Shown: positions 49,116 through 59,492, counted from the first letter of the whole stretch. The stretch is 63,979 nucleotides of DNA, filler included, from an uncultured bacterium (GCA_964471275.1; 3 parts of 3 records of this genome joined end to end with filler, not necessarily neighbours in it); one strand, 5' to 3'. Translations and numbers: made by a program. Notes: a model not told the origin generated them from the sequence alone.

Positions 49116-49334
49116 CACAAAGAGAAAGATCCTCCAACGGAGAGCCGCGCAGGGGCAATCGCCATTAGCCCAGAGCGACAGCCCTGGGTCAGCCACAGCG
49201 CATAGTCAGGGTTGCGCCGATATTCAGTAAAGTAGGATCCTGACCTTAACATTTGGCGCCTAACAAGGGCAGCGAAAGAGCAGATGGGACCTGATTGGGA
49301 TGTTCTCATCCTGCTGACGATGATTCTGGTATTT

Positions 49335-49835
49335 GCAATCTGCTTCATCCCCACAGCGAGCAGCGATACCGACCGCTACGTCGCCAATTTCTACGCCTCA
49401 TATGCGCGCCTCTCCTGTCAGCCATCACACCTGACCCTCTTCAGCAGGACGCCCGCAGACCTGAGAACCTACCTGCTCGAAAAGGATGTGATCTTCGACG
49501 GCGGGGGAAACACACGTAGCATGCTCGCCGCCTGGCGGGACTGGGAGTTGGATGCAATCCTCCGCAAAGCGTGGCAGGCAGGTGTGGTTCTGGCGGGCAT
49601 CAGCGCGGGTGCGATCTGCTGGTATGATCAGGGAGAGACCGATTCCGTTCAGGTGCCTCTGTTGTCGCTGGCCTGTCTCGGCTTCCTTCCTGGAAGCTGC
49701 TGCCCCCACTACGACGGAGAATCGGACCGTCGCTCGAGCTACCATAGTCTTCTGTCAGATGCCGAAATCTCACTGGGAATCGCCCTCGACGACTGTGCGG
49801 CCGCGCACTACGAGGCACCATGCGGATCAATGTGA
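49335..49835 (+). pseudogene. Peptidase E (S51) remnant
   Basis: ICFIPTASSD, GGGNT, AGISAGAICW, CPHYDGE present; native N-terminus missing and C-terminus degenerate. Confidence 0.65.
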
Positions 49836-50102
49836 TCTCGTCACGACGATCTGCCCGCGGCTATCGGGTCATACTCGAGGACGGATCCCTTCACGAAGAA
49901 CCCATAAATCCCGAACTGCTCAGCGACGAATAAAAATGTAGTGAGTTCGATCGAGGCTCGGACGGGTGAGATGTCGTCGGTCCCGAACGCGATATGGAAT
50001 CTGCCTTCCACCGAGGCTGTACGAATCGATGGGATATGTTCCCAACACTGAGTATCATCACTAAGCCTGCTATGTTCGAAAACACGCGTGATTGGAGCGC
50101 CG

Positions 50103-51704
50103 ATGAGCACGCCCAACATCCTGATCTTGCATACCGACCAGCAGCGATTCGACACCATCAACGCGCTCGGTCACACACACGTCGACACGCCCAACATCGA
50201 TCGTCTGGTTGCTCGTGGAACGGCATTCACACGCGCATACAGTGCCAACCCGGTCTGTATGGCCGCCCGCCACGACCTGCTCACAGGTGTCAGCGCCCGT
50301 CATCACGGATACTGGAGCAACAGCCGGTCTTACATCCAGGATCGCGCGCTCCAGACCGTACCGCAGATGCTCACCGAATCCGGCTACCAGACCATCGCCG
50401 TCGGAAAGATGCACCACCGGCCCGACCGGGAACATCACGGATGGGCGCATATGCGCAACATGGAGGAATTGCCGAACTGTCGTGAAAACGACGCCTACCT
50501 CCAGTATCTCGAGCGCGTCGGCTTCGGGCACATCCGCTGTCAGCACGGAGTGCGTCCCCTCTTCTACCACGTGCCGCAAGTCTCTCGCGTTCCCGAGGAG
50601 CATCACGGCTCTGCCTGGGTCGCTACCGAGATGATCGACTGGCTGAAGACCGATCGCGATCGGCCCTTCTATGCGTTTGCCAGCTGGGTCGGACCTCACC
50701 CTCCGCTCTATGTCCCACAGACTTATCTGGATACATATCGAGACCGACCGCTGCCCGATCCCTGTAGCCTTCCGGGATTCTCGCTACGCCAGACACCGGC
50801 CACCCGCGAGAACGCTGTCGGCTGCACATACCAGCGAATCCGTGAAGCCTACTTCGCTGCCATTGCCCTGATCGACACACACATCGGCCGCATCCTCGAC
50901 ACCCTCGAACAAACCGGCCAGATCGACGATACCGTCATCATCTTCACCTCGGATCACGGTGAGATGCTCGGCGATCGTGAAGGCTACCAGAAGCACGTAC
51001 CCTATGAGGGCTCGGCACACATCCCGATGATCGCCTGTGGACCCGGTTTTCCGCAGGGGTTATGCGAAACGCCGGTGACCACGTGGGATGTCGCCACTAC
51101 TGTGCTCGAGGTGTCCGGTACCCGTAAAGCAGACGATCATCCGCTCATCGGTTCGAGTCTACGCGAGGTCTCCCAGAATGCTCGAGACCGGACGGTCGTA
51201 TACCATCATTCGCAGGGGTCGAAACGATACGTCGCTTCTGTAGATCGCACGCACAAGTTCATTCACTGGTACAACGGCGGCGATGAGTGGCTCTTCGACC
51301 TGATCAACGATCCACACGAGCAGACGAACGCTGTCGATCAGCAGCCGGACATTGTCGCACAGCTTCGGAAAGCTTGTCTCGATTTCGAAACCACCCACGG
51401 TCCGGTCGACGCCATCCAGAAGAACGGATTCGCAGATCATCCCTTCCAGCCGCCGGGCCCGACAACCTGCACCCTCCATCCCACCTGGTCTTCACACCAG
51501 TATCCGTCGTGGACAAATGAGCATTCGCCCGAAGATCTGGAACGGATCGCGAGTGAAATGAGGTCATGTGTAGATGAGGAAAGCGCCTTCATCCATACCA
51601 ATCCGGAATGGCGAGCGGATGCGATCGATGCGTGGACAGAGATGGGAGGAGAAGCACAAGTGATCCAGGAGTTGTTCCGTGACACCGATGACAAACCGAC
51701 CTGA
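50103..51704 (+). CDS. Sulfatase-like hydrolase (choline-sulfatase-like)
   Basis: PNILILHTDQQR, CMAAR, GKMH, PHPP, SDHGEMLG, DL..DPHE. Confidence 0.9.
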   Translation: MSTPNILILHTDQQRFDTINALGHTHVDTPNIDRLVARGTAFTRAYSANPVCMAARHDLLTGVSARHHGYWSNSRSYIQDRALQTVPQMLTESGYQTIAVGKMHHRPDREHHGWAHMRNMEELPNCRENDAYLQYLERVGFGHIRCQHGVRPLFYHVPQVSRVPEEHHGSAWVATEMIDWLKTDRDRPFYAFASWVGPHPPLYVPQTYLDTYRDRPLPDPCSLPGFSLRQTPATRENAVGCTYQRIREAYFAAIALIDTHIGRILDTLEQTGQIDDTVIIFTSDHGEMLGDREGYQKHVPYEGSAHIPMIACGPGFPQGLCETPVTTWDVATTVLEVSGTRKADDHPLIGSSLREVSQNARDRTVVYHHSQGSKRYVASVDRTHKFIHWYNGGDEWLFDLINDPHEQTNAVDQQPDIVAQLRKACLDFETTHGPVDAIQKNGFADHPFQPPGPTTCTLHPTWSSHQYPSWTNEHSPEDLERIASEMRSCVDEESAFIHTNPEWRADAIDAWTEMGGEAQVIQELFRDTDDKPT

Positions 51705-52209
51705 CAGGACGTGTCGGACGTGATCACATTGGAACTCAGCTCCCCGGAACCAACTGAGGCCCTTCTGGCAGAACGGGAGGGACGTGCTCTGCGATGGGCA
51801 ACACGGGTCAAAATCGCGTATACTCTCTTCGGCATCTTGATGATCGCGATGACCATGCTATTGACCGGCCCTGTCAGCGAGGCGAAGGCTCTTGTGTGTC
51901 TGTGTGCGGTGGCATTGGGGTTTCAGATAGCGATTCTGGTCACCCTGAAGAATCGGAGCACAACGGCCAGGATCAGACTGCCATTGGCCCATTTATGAGC
52001 ACATACCACATACGGTCATCGCGTTTGTATCCTATACCACAACGAAGACGTCACCAGGTGTGAGATCGAAAATCGACTCGTCGATGTGTCCGCGAGACAC
52101 ACCGAGAAGTTTGTCAAGATAGGCTCAGGGAAATCCATCCGTCCGCACTGCCTGAACACAGTCGATGGTGTACCCTATCGGTAGTCAATCAGCACCGAGG
52201 ACAAGACAT

Positions 52210-52758
52210 ATGGGCAAACAACAGGAAATCCTTCCCGAGATCATCCAGCTTGTCGACAAGCGCCGTGCCTCCATTGGCCTGATTCTCGGCGGCAGCATTG
52301 CACTTGGCGAAGAGCGGCCGGATTCCGACCTGGATCTGTTCGCCATTGCAGAGTCACCCGCCCCCCCAAAGCTCACACGATTCAAGTTTATCTCGGAGAA
52401 GAACGGATGCACGCTCTCGGAACGAAAGACACGGACGTTCCCGATCCACTTCGCCTGCTGGACGGATACGTCGCTGGACGACCTACTCGACACCCGACCG
52501 TATGTAGCCTATCCCCTCCTCAAGGGTCGGATCGTCCTGGATCGCGACGGGATCGCCCGTCGGTATAGACAGCGGATACAGGCCTACTTCGCCAGACACC
52601 CGGTCTTGACCGAAGCGTGGGAACATCAGCTCCTGGACTTCCGTCGCGCCAAGAAATCAGGACAGATGGAGGATCTGAAATATCCGCAGTGGGGCGACTT
52701 TGTGGCGTATCTCGAAGAAGCCTTCCACGAAGAAATCACCCGTGCGCACAGCAACTAG
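52210..52758 (+). CDS. Nucleotidyltransferase-domain protein
   Basis: GGSIALG...DSDLDL Pol-beta NTase signature; IVLDRDG. Confidence 0.8.
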   Translation: MGKQQEILPEIIQLVDKRRASIGLILGGSIALGEERPDSDLDLFAIAESPAPPKLTRFKFISEKNGCTLSERKTRTFPIHFACWTDTSLDDLLDTRPYVAYPLLKGRIVLDRDGIARRYRQRIQAYFARHPVLTEAWEHQLLDFRRAKKSGQMEDLKYPQWGDFVAYLEEAFHEEITRAHSN

Positions 52759-52999
52759 CTGAACAGTTCACAAGGCCGACCAACGTCATTCCGAGGGAGC
52801 AATCATACACGTTGCTAAAGCGGCAACTCACGCTCCGTGACCGCAACGCCACCAGCAACGAAAATAGCGCGAAGTGAGGAATCCCTGCGGGCCAAAGGCC
52901 ATGTGCGCACGGACCCTTCGGCTGAAGGCCAACAGCCATCGTCGGCAGTTTGTGAATAACTCGGCGTAGCCTGAAAAGCGTAGACCGGAGGACACAAAA

Positions 53000-53597
53000 T
53001 TGGCAGTAATTGAAGTCACATTCATGCGACACGGTCGGTCCCCTGCAGATGATGAAGATGTCATCGAGGGACGGTATGATTCACCGCTGACCGACAAGGG
53101 GAGAATTCCTGAAGGCCCGCGGAATCGCCTATGGCGTGATCGTCGCCAGTTCGCTTGTGCGAGCATCGGAAACGGCCGCGATCGTTGGCAGGATCCTAGA
53201 TGTGAACGTCGAGCTCGATCCGGACTGAATGGAACTCGATAACGGCCCGCTTGCGGGACTATCACTCGAAGAGACCAGCCGGAAGTATCCTCTCACCGAT
53301 TTCCTGGGTCCCTTTGACCCACTCGTTGTCAATGCGAACACGGGCGAAAGCGGCTGGTCACTCCACGCAAGCGCCATACGTGCTCTTGAACGTGTAATCC
53401 GACGTGGTTCGGGCTCCTACCTGGTCGTCTCGCACGGCAACGCCCTGAACGCCGCATTGCGCTGTGTCGTGGGTGCCCAACCCCCGGTCCGAGGGCAAGG
53501 TCTGGGGTTCTCGCTCGGTGACACGGGTTTCGTTCGTGCACGGTGTAAATCTGATAGAGACCAGTGGACCATTGCCGAACTGAGACCTGGCGAGTAA
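53000..53597 (+). pseudogene. Histidine phosphatase pseudogene
   Basis: RHG and GRYDSPLT, a frameshift near 53100, ASSLVRASETA, in-frame TGA at 53226 (expected Trp), then GES...VSHG. Confidence 0.75.
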
Positions 53598-53678
53598 AGT
53601 ATGGCTTCAGACCGCGTGAACGCTGTACTGCCCCACACCAACCGAGTGTTTACCACAATGTCGCTGGAAAGGGTGTGA

Positions 53679-54932
53679 ATGGGTAAGACCACAATTGCGA
53701 TCGAAGATGAGCTATTTCTGATCAACGGCAAGCTGACCTACTCCGGAATAAGCACGAGCAAGCCACAGGCTCACGGACTCTTGATGAACGCCAGGTTCAT
53801 CCAGGGCATCTTCGATGACAAGGAATCATCACAACGATTCGCTCGCTGGGGACACGACAGCTGGGATGCTGCAGCAAACACACGGGAACTCATCGACGCG
53901 CTACCGGAATGGTATTCGTATGGTCTGCGCGCCTTCACCGTCGGTTTCCAGGGCGGTGGACCGTGCTTCACCATCAACAACGGAACCATCGACAACAACC
54001 CCTTCGGCGAAGATGGCACGCAGTTGGACCCGGCCTATACGGATCGGATGGATGCGCTCATACGGGGTGCCGACGCGATCGGCATGGCCGTCATTGTTAG
54101 CTACTTCTATGGATCACAGGCGCGACGTCTGAAGGATGGCCGTGCTGTTCGCAATGCGGTCACCACGGCTTCCCGATTCCTGAAGGAAGGTGGCTACACG
54201 AATGTCCTGATCGAGGTAGCGAACGAGATGAACATCGGTTCGTTCAAGGAGCATCCGATCATTCAACAGCCAGAGGGGATGGTGACATTGATCGACATCG
54301 CCCGGGAGGAATCGGGAGGCATGGCCGTTGGATGCAGCGGCGGCGGCGGATACCGGAACAGGGAAGTTGCCGAGGCGAGCGATTACATCCTCATCCACGG
54401 CAACGGATGCACGCGACAGCGATACGCGAACATGATTCGCGAGGTCAAGAGTTGGGTTCAGAACAAACCCATCGTCTGCAACGAAGACTCGCAGGCGATC
54501 GGTCAGCTCGAGATCGCATTCCGAACTCGGACGTCGTGGGGCTATTACAACAACATGACCAAGCAGGAGCCGCCCGCCGACTGGTCGGTGACTAAGGGTG
54601 AAGATACATTCTTCGCACACCGGATCGCGGAAGGCATCGGGATTGAAGTCGATCCGTTGTCCGAGGAAGACCGATACTACCTGCAGGGAGCCGAGCCCGA
54701 CTGGGCATACGAGGGTGAGCGCTGGATCCGGCTGGCCAGTCTGTATCCGGTAGCAATCGACTATGTCGACTTCTACCAAGATGATGAGCTGATCGACACA
54801 GGCTACGACGAGCCCTTTACGGTGAACTTTCGAACGAACTGGCGACAGAAGGGCATTCAGGTCACAGATTCCAGCACGTTCAAAGCTGTCATCCACCAGA
54901 CGAACGGTGATGTCATCGAAAGAGTCGGATAG
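53679..54932 (+). CDS. Hypothetical GH-A-clan-like TIM-barrel glycoside hydrolase
   Basis: 417 aa; NVLIEVANE (acid/base-like), ILIHGNG, PIVCNED (nucleophile-like), SWGYY. Confidence 0.6.
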   Translation: MGKTTIAIEDELFLINGKLTYSGISTSKPQAHGLLMNARFIQGIFDDKESSQRFARWGHDSWDAAANTRELIDALPEWYSYGLRAFTVGFQGGGPCFTINNGTIDNNPFGEDGTQLDPAYTDRMDALIRGADAIGMAVIVSYFYGSQARRLKDGRAVRNAVTTASRFLKEGGYTNVLIEVANEMNIGSFKEHPIIQQPEGMVTLIDIAREESGGMAVGCSGGGGYRNREVAEASDYILIHGNGCTRQRYANMIREVKSWVQNKPIVCNEDSQAIGQLEIAFRTRTSWGYYNNMTKQEPPADWSVTKGEDTFFAHRIAEGIGIEVDPLSEEDRYYLQGAEPDWAYEGERWIRLASLYPVAIDYVDFYQDDELIDTGYDEPFTVNFRTNWRQKGIQVTDSSTFKAVIHQTNGDVIERVG

Positions 54933-55039
54933 AATCGGTAGATGCAGGATCTCTACACGAAGGAAGACCGAAACGGAAGGTTGGCAACTTGACCCAACGA
55001 AAACGGAAGGTGCTCACGTGAGGTCTGGGTCTGGGCACG

Positions 55040-55440
55040 GTGGGTCTGATCGGAATCGGGCTGTTGACCATTGGACTGATTGTCTGGATACAGCACGATG
55101 TTGACAGTCACACCGAACGGGCGATGCGTCTGTATCCGGGTGACAGAGTAGAAGCCTCGATCGCGATGCTTGCGTCTGACCGAACCAGGATAAAGGACAA
55201 GGACCACACGGTCTGGGCCCTGGGTACGATACAGGACGTTCGTGCTCTCCCGGCCCTGACGGAACTCTACACGGGATCCGAGTGTCAACACGGTCGCGAG
55301 CTCTGTTAGTATGAACTCGACAAGGTGATTCGGAAAATCCGTCGAGAGGGCTCCTTTGGCTACAGCAAGCCGCTGGTTGGGGGCATCTGGCTCGCCTCCC
55401 TCGCCGCGACATCCATTGGCTGGTGGCGGATCAGGCGTCG
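55040..55440 (+). pseudogene. Membrane-anchored HEAT-repeat protein with an internal TAG
   Basis: VWALGTIQDVRALPALTEL...ELC-TAG-YELDKVIRK continues in frame. Confidence 0.5.
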
Positions 55441-55800
55441 ACCACCGCCGGCTCGATTCGTCTGGCGATGGGGTGCAGGTCGGTGGTCTCGCGTACACGC
55501 ACCCGGTCAGCCCTCGGATCACGCCCACAATCCAGAATCTTGAAACAAGGCCGCCCCAAAATGTGTCAGCTATGCACCGTGACTTCGAGTAGGCCTGCGC
55601 GCAACGCAGGAAATATCGAGAAGCGGCCTGACTGTCCGGTTAAGCAGAAACCGGCTCTCAACAGGTGGATCTGAACCCATCCAGACCTACCTGCTGGCAC
55701 GTATCCCCAACCGTCCGCACTTGTCCTGAACCCACAATGAGGCCGCATGAAAGCAGCCTGGGAAAAAGGTGGTATCAAGACAGAGTCCGAGTTTCGCAGC

Positions 55801-55900
55801 NNNNNNNNNNNNNNNNNNNNNNNNNNNNNNNNNNNNNNNNNNNNTTAATTAATTAANNNNNNNNNNNNNNNNNNNNNNNNNNNNNNNNNNNNNNNNNNNN
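55801..55900. other. Artificial contig-join spacer
   Basis: 100 bp of N with TTAATTAATTAA. Confidence 0.98.
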
Positions 55901-56034
55901 TTGCGCGTCAGCCAACTCCCCGTGGTATCATCCTGGTGGTGGTGAAGCGGGAGGGTTAGCAACCTCACCCACCACCAAGTAAACCTTCAACCGTATAACG
56001 CTTCTTGCGCATAAGATGTTCCTGTTAAGTGCGG
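55901..56034. repeat. About 130-bp structured direct repeat, copy 1 (truncated by the contig start)
   Basis: Near-identical to 58687-58818. Confidence 0.9.
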
Positions 56035-56579
56035 ATGAGGTGGGAAGGACGTGCACATTGGGATCCAGTGAGTCCTTTCCTGCTGCTCAGGAGATAATTC
56101 AAGGTGCCTGAACAGCTGCAGGGCTCTCTCCATACAGACTTGTTTGAGTGCGCCACTGTAGTGAGATATCCAGCGGCCGAAATGAACGGGGGCTTCAGGC
56201 TCCAGTTGGTACACGACCACGACGACTGGGCATTTCTTCGACTCCGGAGGGTCAGGATAGGTAGAGACAAGAGGCTTTACGGCACGAGCCTTCCTGAGCC
56301 CAATGCCTACTATTCCACTCTGCACCTGCGGCCCACCAGGCGTGATCACATTGCCCCCCCGCTAAGAGAGGGGAGGTGTGGTCAATCGGCCAAAAGATTA
56401 CACCGGCCGTCGACTTGGTCAGGGCGTAACTCACGGGGTCCGTGGGGGGCTTCTGGCGCAAATGTCTCGGAACACTCAGCTGTTGTAACCGCCGCACATC
56501 GCTCTTGGCCTATGCGAATGATTTCATCTAATTGCGTCGTTACCATGCTTACCTTGAATAAGATAGAAAGGACATAACG

Positions 56580-57218
56580 ATGAGTAATTCGTTGAAGGGC
56601 TACTGGATCAATCACGTTGTGGAGATCAAGGACCCAGAACGTTTCGGCGCCTATGCTGAGGCGAGCAAACCTATGTTCCAAGGGGACAACGAATACGGCG
56701 CGAAGATACTTTTGTTCGGCCCCGTCGCCGCCACCATTTTGGGAGATCCGGTGCAGTACGCGGCAGTTGTCGAGTTCGACACTGTTCAGGCTGCTGTTGA
56801 GTTTTGGGATGACCCCGAGTATGCCGCTGCGCGAGCGCTTATGGGCCCACCTGATGATGAGAGCAATGTGGTTGACCGCCGCGTTTGCTGCATTGAGGGT
56901 GAGTCACTGATCGTGAATCCGAAGCAGGGATTCTGGGTGAATCACGTGCACGAAATCAAGAACGAGACGGCATTCTGGCAGTACGCGGAGGCGAGTTTGC
57001 CGCATTTCACCAGTGTCACCTATGGGAAAGTTGTGCATCAGCATGCGGGCGAGCAGAAGATCCAGCTAGCCGCCGCACTCGGGCTGGTTTCCGTCAGCAG
57101 GGCAATGAGCATTAGGGAAACGCCCGAATACGAACCGGCGTTGGCTGCCGGGGGTATGGTCGGTGGTGAGGGGCATGTAGTCAGCCGAACCATCTGTGCG
57201 ATCGAGGTGTCCGAATAG
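56580..57218 (+). CDS. Tandem DUF1330-like protein
   Basis: Two repeats of YW.NHV.EIK.PE.F..YAEAS; VVEF....A..FW..PEY; SD AAAGGA. Confidence 0.75.
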   Translation: MSNSLKGYWINHVVEIKDPERFGAYAEASKPMFQGDNEYGAKILLFGPVAATILGDPVQYAAVVEFDTVQAAVEFWDDPEYAAARALMGPPDDESNVVDRRVCCIEGESLIVNPKQGFWVNHVHEIKNETAFWQYAEASLPHFTSVTYGKVVHQHAGEQKIQLAAALGLVSVSRAMSIRETPEYEPALAAGGMVGGEGHVVSRTICAIEVSE

Positions 57219-57311
57219 AGAGCTGCCTGATGGCCTGCGACCATTTGTGTGTCCACATCCAGAGTTAGGATGCGGTATAACATTTTCTGGCCACGTGGCC
57301 CTTTTTCTATG

Positions 57312-57359
57312 TCCCATATCCTAATGTTAGGACTGGTAACATTCTAGGGGGGCAGGTCA
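57312..57359 (-). mobile_element. Isolated IS3-like terminal inverted repeat
   Basis: Minus strand TGACCTGCCCCCCTAGAATGTTACCA..., matching 59514-59561. Confidence 0.65.
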
Positions 57360-57426
57360 TCAATCCCCACAAGGGGTCGGAAACCATCCGCTCCAGAAAT
57401 CTGATCAAAAAGTCAAGGAGAAAAAG

Positions 57427-58338
57427 ATGAAATACAGCGTGACCAGCGTGATTTTGCCCGACTTGGATATCGTCGAGACGTGTCAGCTTTTGCAGAAACT
57501 GGGCTGCGATGGCGTAGAATGGCGGGTCCGATACACCAGACCTGAGGCGATCGGCAAGGGATATAGCTACTGGGGAGAGCACAAAACCGATCTTTCGCCG
57601 GCCAACCTGATACAAAAGGCTGATGAGGTAGCCCGGATCACGGCTGACCATGGACTGACGATTCCAGCCATTGCCGCGGACCTGCGTGCTGACGAGTACG
57701 AGGATATTAAACGGCTTGCCGACGGGGTGGTGCGAATGGGCCAGATCCCCATTCGCCTGGGCGCACCACGTGGTTATGATCCTGTATATCTGGGTGCACC
57801 ACGGCACTACGACTACACGGTCAGCTATCCCGATCTGTACGAGGAGGCGGTCGAGGCGTATGGTAAAGCGATCGAGATTTTCAAGCCCTATGGTCTGAAG
57901 ACGATCATCGAGATCCACGGCGGGACGATTATGGTCAGCGCGTCACTGGCTTACCGTATCGCCCGTAATTTTTCTCCCGCCGAGATGGGGGTGATTTATG
58001 ACGTGAACAATATGGCCAAGGAGGGCTTTGAGACTTTTCGCATCGGCCTAGAATTGCTGGGTGCTTATCTGCAACACTGCCACGCCAGTGGTTGGCGCCC
58101 CGTGGAAAAAGGTCGTCGTGAGGATGGTTCGTTAGAGTGGACGTGGGAAAATTGTGCTCTGTCAGACAGCATTCTCGACATCCCGCTGTTTCTCGCCAGC
58201 CTCAAAGCAGTAGATTATCCGGGGTTCATCTCTATTGAGGATTTCCGCCAGATGGGTCATCAAGAAAAGCTGTGCCCACAGCTCGAATACCTGCGAGAGA
58301 TCGAAGAACGGTATCTTGTCAAAGATCAGGCGAGTTGA
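57427..58338 (+). CDS. Sugar phosphate isomerase/epimerase (xylose-isomerase-like TIM barrel)
   Basis: DGVEW, IEIHGG, YDVNN, H.H and GFISIEDF metal ligands; SD AAGGAG. Confidence 0.85.
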   Translation: MKYSVTSVILPDLDIVETCQLLQKLGCDGVEWRVRYTRPEAIGKGYSYWGEHKTDLSPANLIQKADEVARITADHGLTIPAIAADLRADEYEDIKRLADGVVRMGQIPIRLGAPRGYDPVYLGAPRHYDYTVSYPDLYEEAVEAYGKAIEIFKPYGLKTIIEIHGGTIMVSASLAYRIARNFSPAEMGVIYDVNNMAKEGFETFRIGLELLGAYLQHCHASGWRPVEKGRREDGSLEWTWENCALSDSILDIPLFLASLKAVDYPGFISIEDFRQMGHQEKLCPQLEYLREIEERYLVKDQAS

Positions 58339-58520
58339 CGTCCCCGCAGGTCAAAGGAGGCCTAACCGCCGGCCTCATCATTACGTCAAACGACTCGGAT
58401 CAATCGTCCGCCTCGGTCGCTTTAGCGGGCACGGGAACGGCCCAGCCCGTCGCTGATATTTCAGTGACCCCAGACCAATTATCATTCGGAAGCGTAGAGA
58501 TTGGGAAAACCGTCAGCAGG
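58335..58520 (+). pseudogene. Fragment of an Ig-like (choice-of-anchor D/ASH-type) domain gene
   Basis: LIITSNDSDQSSASVALAGTG...ISVTPDQLSFGSVEIG, with no start and no proper end. Confidence 0.55.
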
Positions 58521-58665
58521 TCAGCCAGTCGGGCGCACCGCAAGACCGAGAGCCGCCCCGGCCTGCCTATCGTCTGTCTTGGACGCGCCTGCTGGCCCGC
58601 CTCTTCCTGAATTCGGTGCCCTTAGAAATCGCGGCAATTTCGCATCTGTCACAACCTCTCACACA

Positions 58666-58818
58666 TAAAAACGGGGAGCCAGCCGATTGCGCGTCAGCCA
58701 ACTCCCCGTGGTATCATCCTGGTGGTGGTGAAGCGGGAGGGATAGCAACCTCACCCCCAACCAATTAACCTTCAACTGTATAACGCTTCTTGCATATAAA
58801 GGTTCCGGTTAAGCGCGG
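58666..58818 (-). repeat. Structured direct repeat, copy 2, with a minus-strand terminator
   Basis: Minus strand GGGGAGTTGGCTGA-CGCGCAA-TCGGCTGGCTCCCC then GTTTTT; G-U pairs make the stem form only on the minus strand. Confidence 0.85.
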
Positions 58819-59088
58819 GCAGGGCTGTGATGTTTCAGACAGCCTCCAGCACTGCAACACCGTCCTTGAGCGCCCCCGGTCTCAGGTGCGCATAGTTCAA
58901 GGTCGTCTGGATACTCCTGTGCCCTGGCTAGGGTTTCTCGTGACTTGGGCGTTGGTTCGGGTTATCGCCTGGGTTATTGATGGATTCCGCGGGAAGTAAA
59001 GAGCGGCGCGGGATCCCGACCACCCCGAACTCCCCACAATCCTGACCTAATAGCGACCTCTGAATGTGGAGATAAAGGACCTGAGAGG

Positions 59089-59200
59089 CGTTCACGCCAG
59101 GTCATCATCAAGGCCATCGAGCGGGGCGAAATCGACACGGTGCCTGTGGGCAGACGCCACATGACAAGGCCAACAAGAGATTCGATCAGTGGCGGCGGTC
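59089..59200 (+). pseudogene. Excisionase-like HTH remnant
   Basis: SRQVIIKAIERGEIDTVPVGRRH resembles the MerR/Xis winged-HTH pattern. Confidence 0.4.
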
Positions 59201-59251
59201 GGAGTGTCACTCAAGGGCCGCCTGTTTACGGTGGTCAAAAGAGAAAGATAA

Positions 59252-59492
59252 ATGACAAAACGAGCAGCGGTTTACGCCCGATACAGTTCCGAGGAACAGA
59301 CGGACGGGGAGAGCATCGAATACTAGTTGGAGCGGTGTCGTGAATATGTGGGACAGTGAGGATGGTGTCTTGGTTGAGCACATGTATTTATCGACAGATC
59401 ACGTTCCGGCACAATGAGGTATGGCAGAAAAGAATGCAATCGCTTAGTGGCGCTGACGAAGCAGGACAAGCGTCCTTTTGATGCAGTTGTAG
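59252..59492 (+). pseudogene. Serine recombinase catalytic-domain pseudogene
   Basis: MTKRAAVYARYSSEEQ..GESIEY*LERCREYVGQ*GWCLG*AHVFIDRSRSG...R...L...PFDAVVV; three in-frame stops; cut by the MITE at 59493. Confidence 0.8.

Noticed and set aside
52210..52758. MNT-HEPN toxin-antitoxin pair or aminoglycoside nucleotidyltransferase
   Set aside because: No HEPN partner is adjacent and only the generic NTase signature is visible
53226..53228. In-frame TGA in the histidine phosphatase as possible Sec or Trp recoding
   Set aside because: The position corresponds to Trp (TGG>TGA), the gene also has a frameshift, and TGA is a normal stop elsewhere in the window
55307..55309. In-frame TAG as possible pyrrolysine
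   Set aside because: Likely CAG>TAG in a decaying gene; no pyl genes or methylamine methyltransferase context
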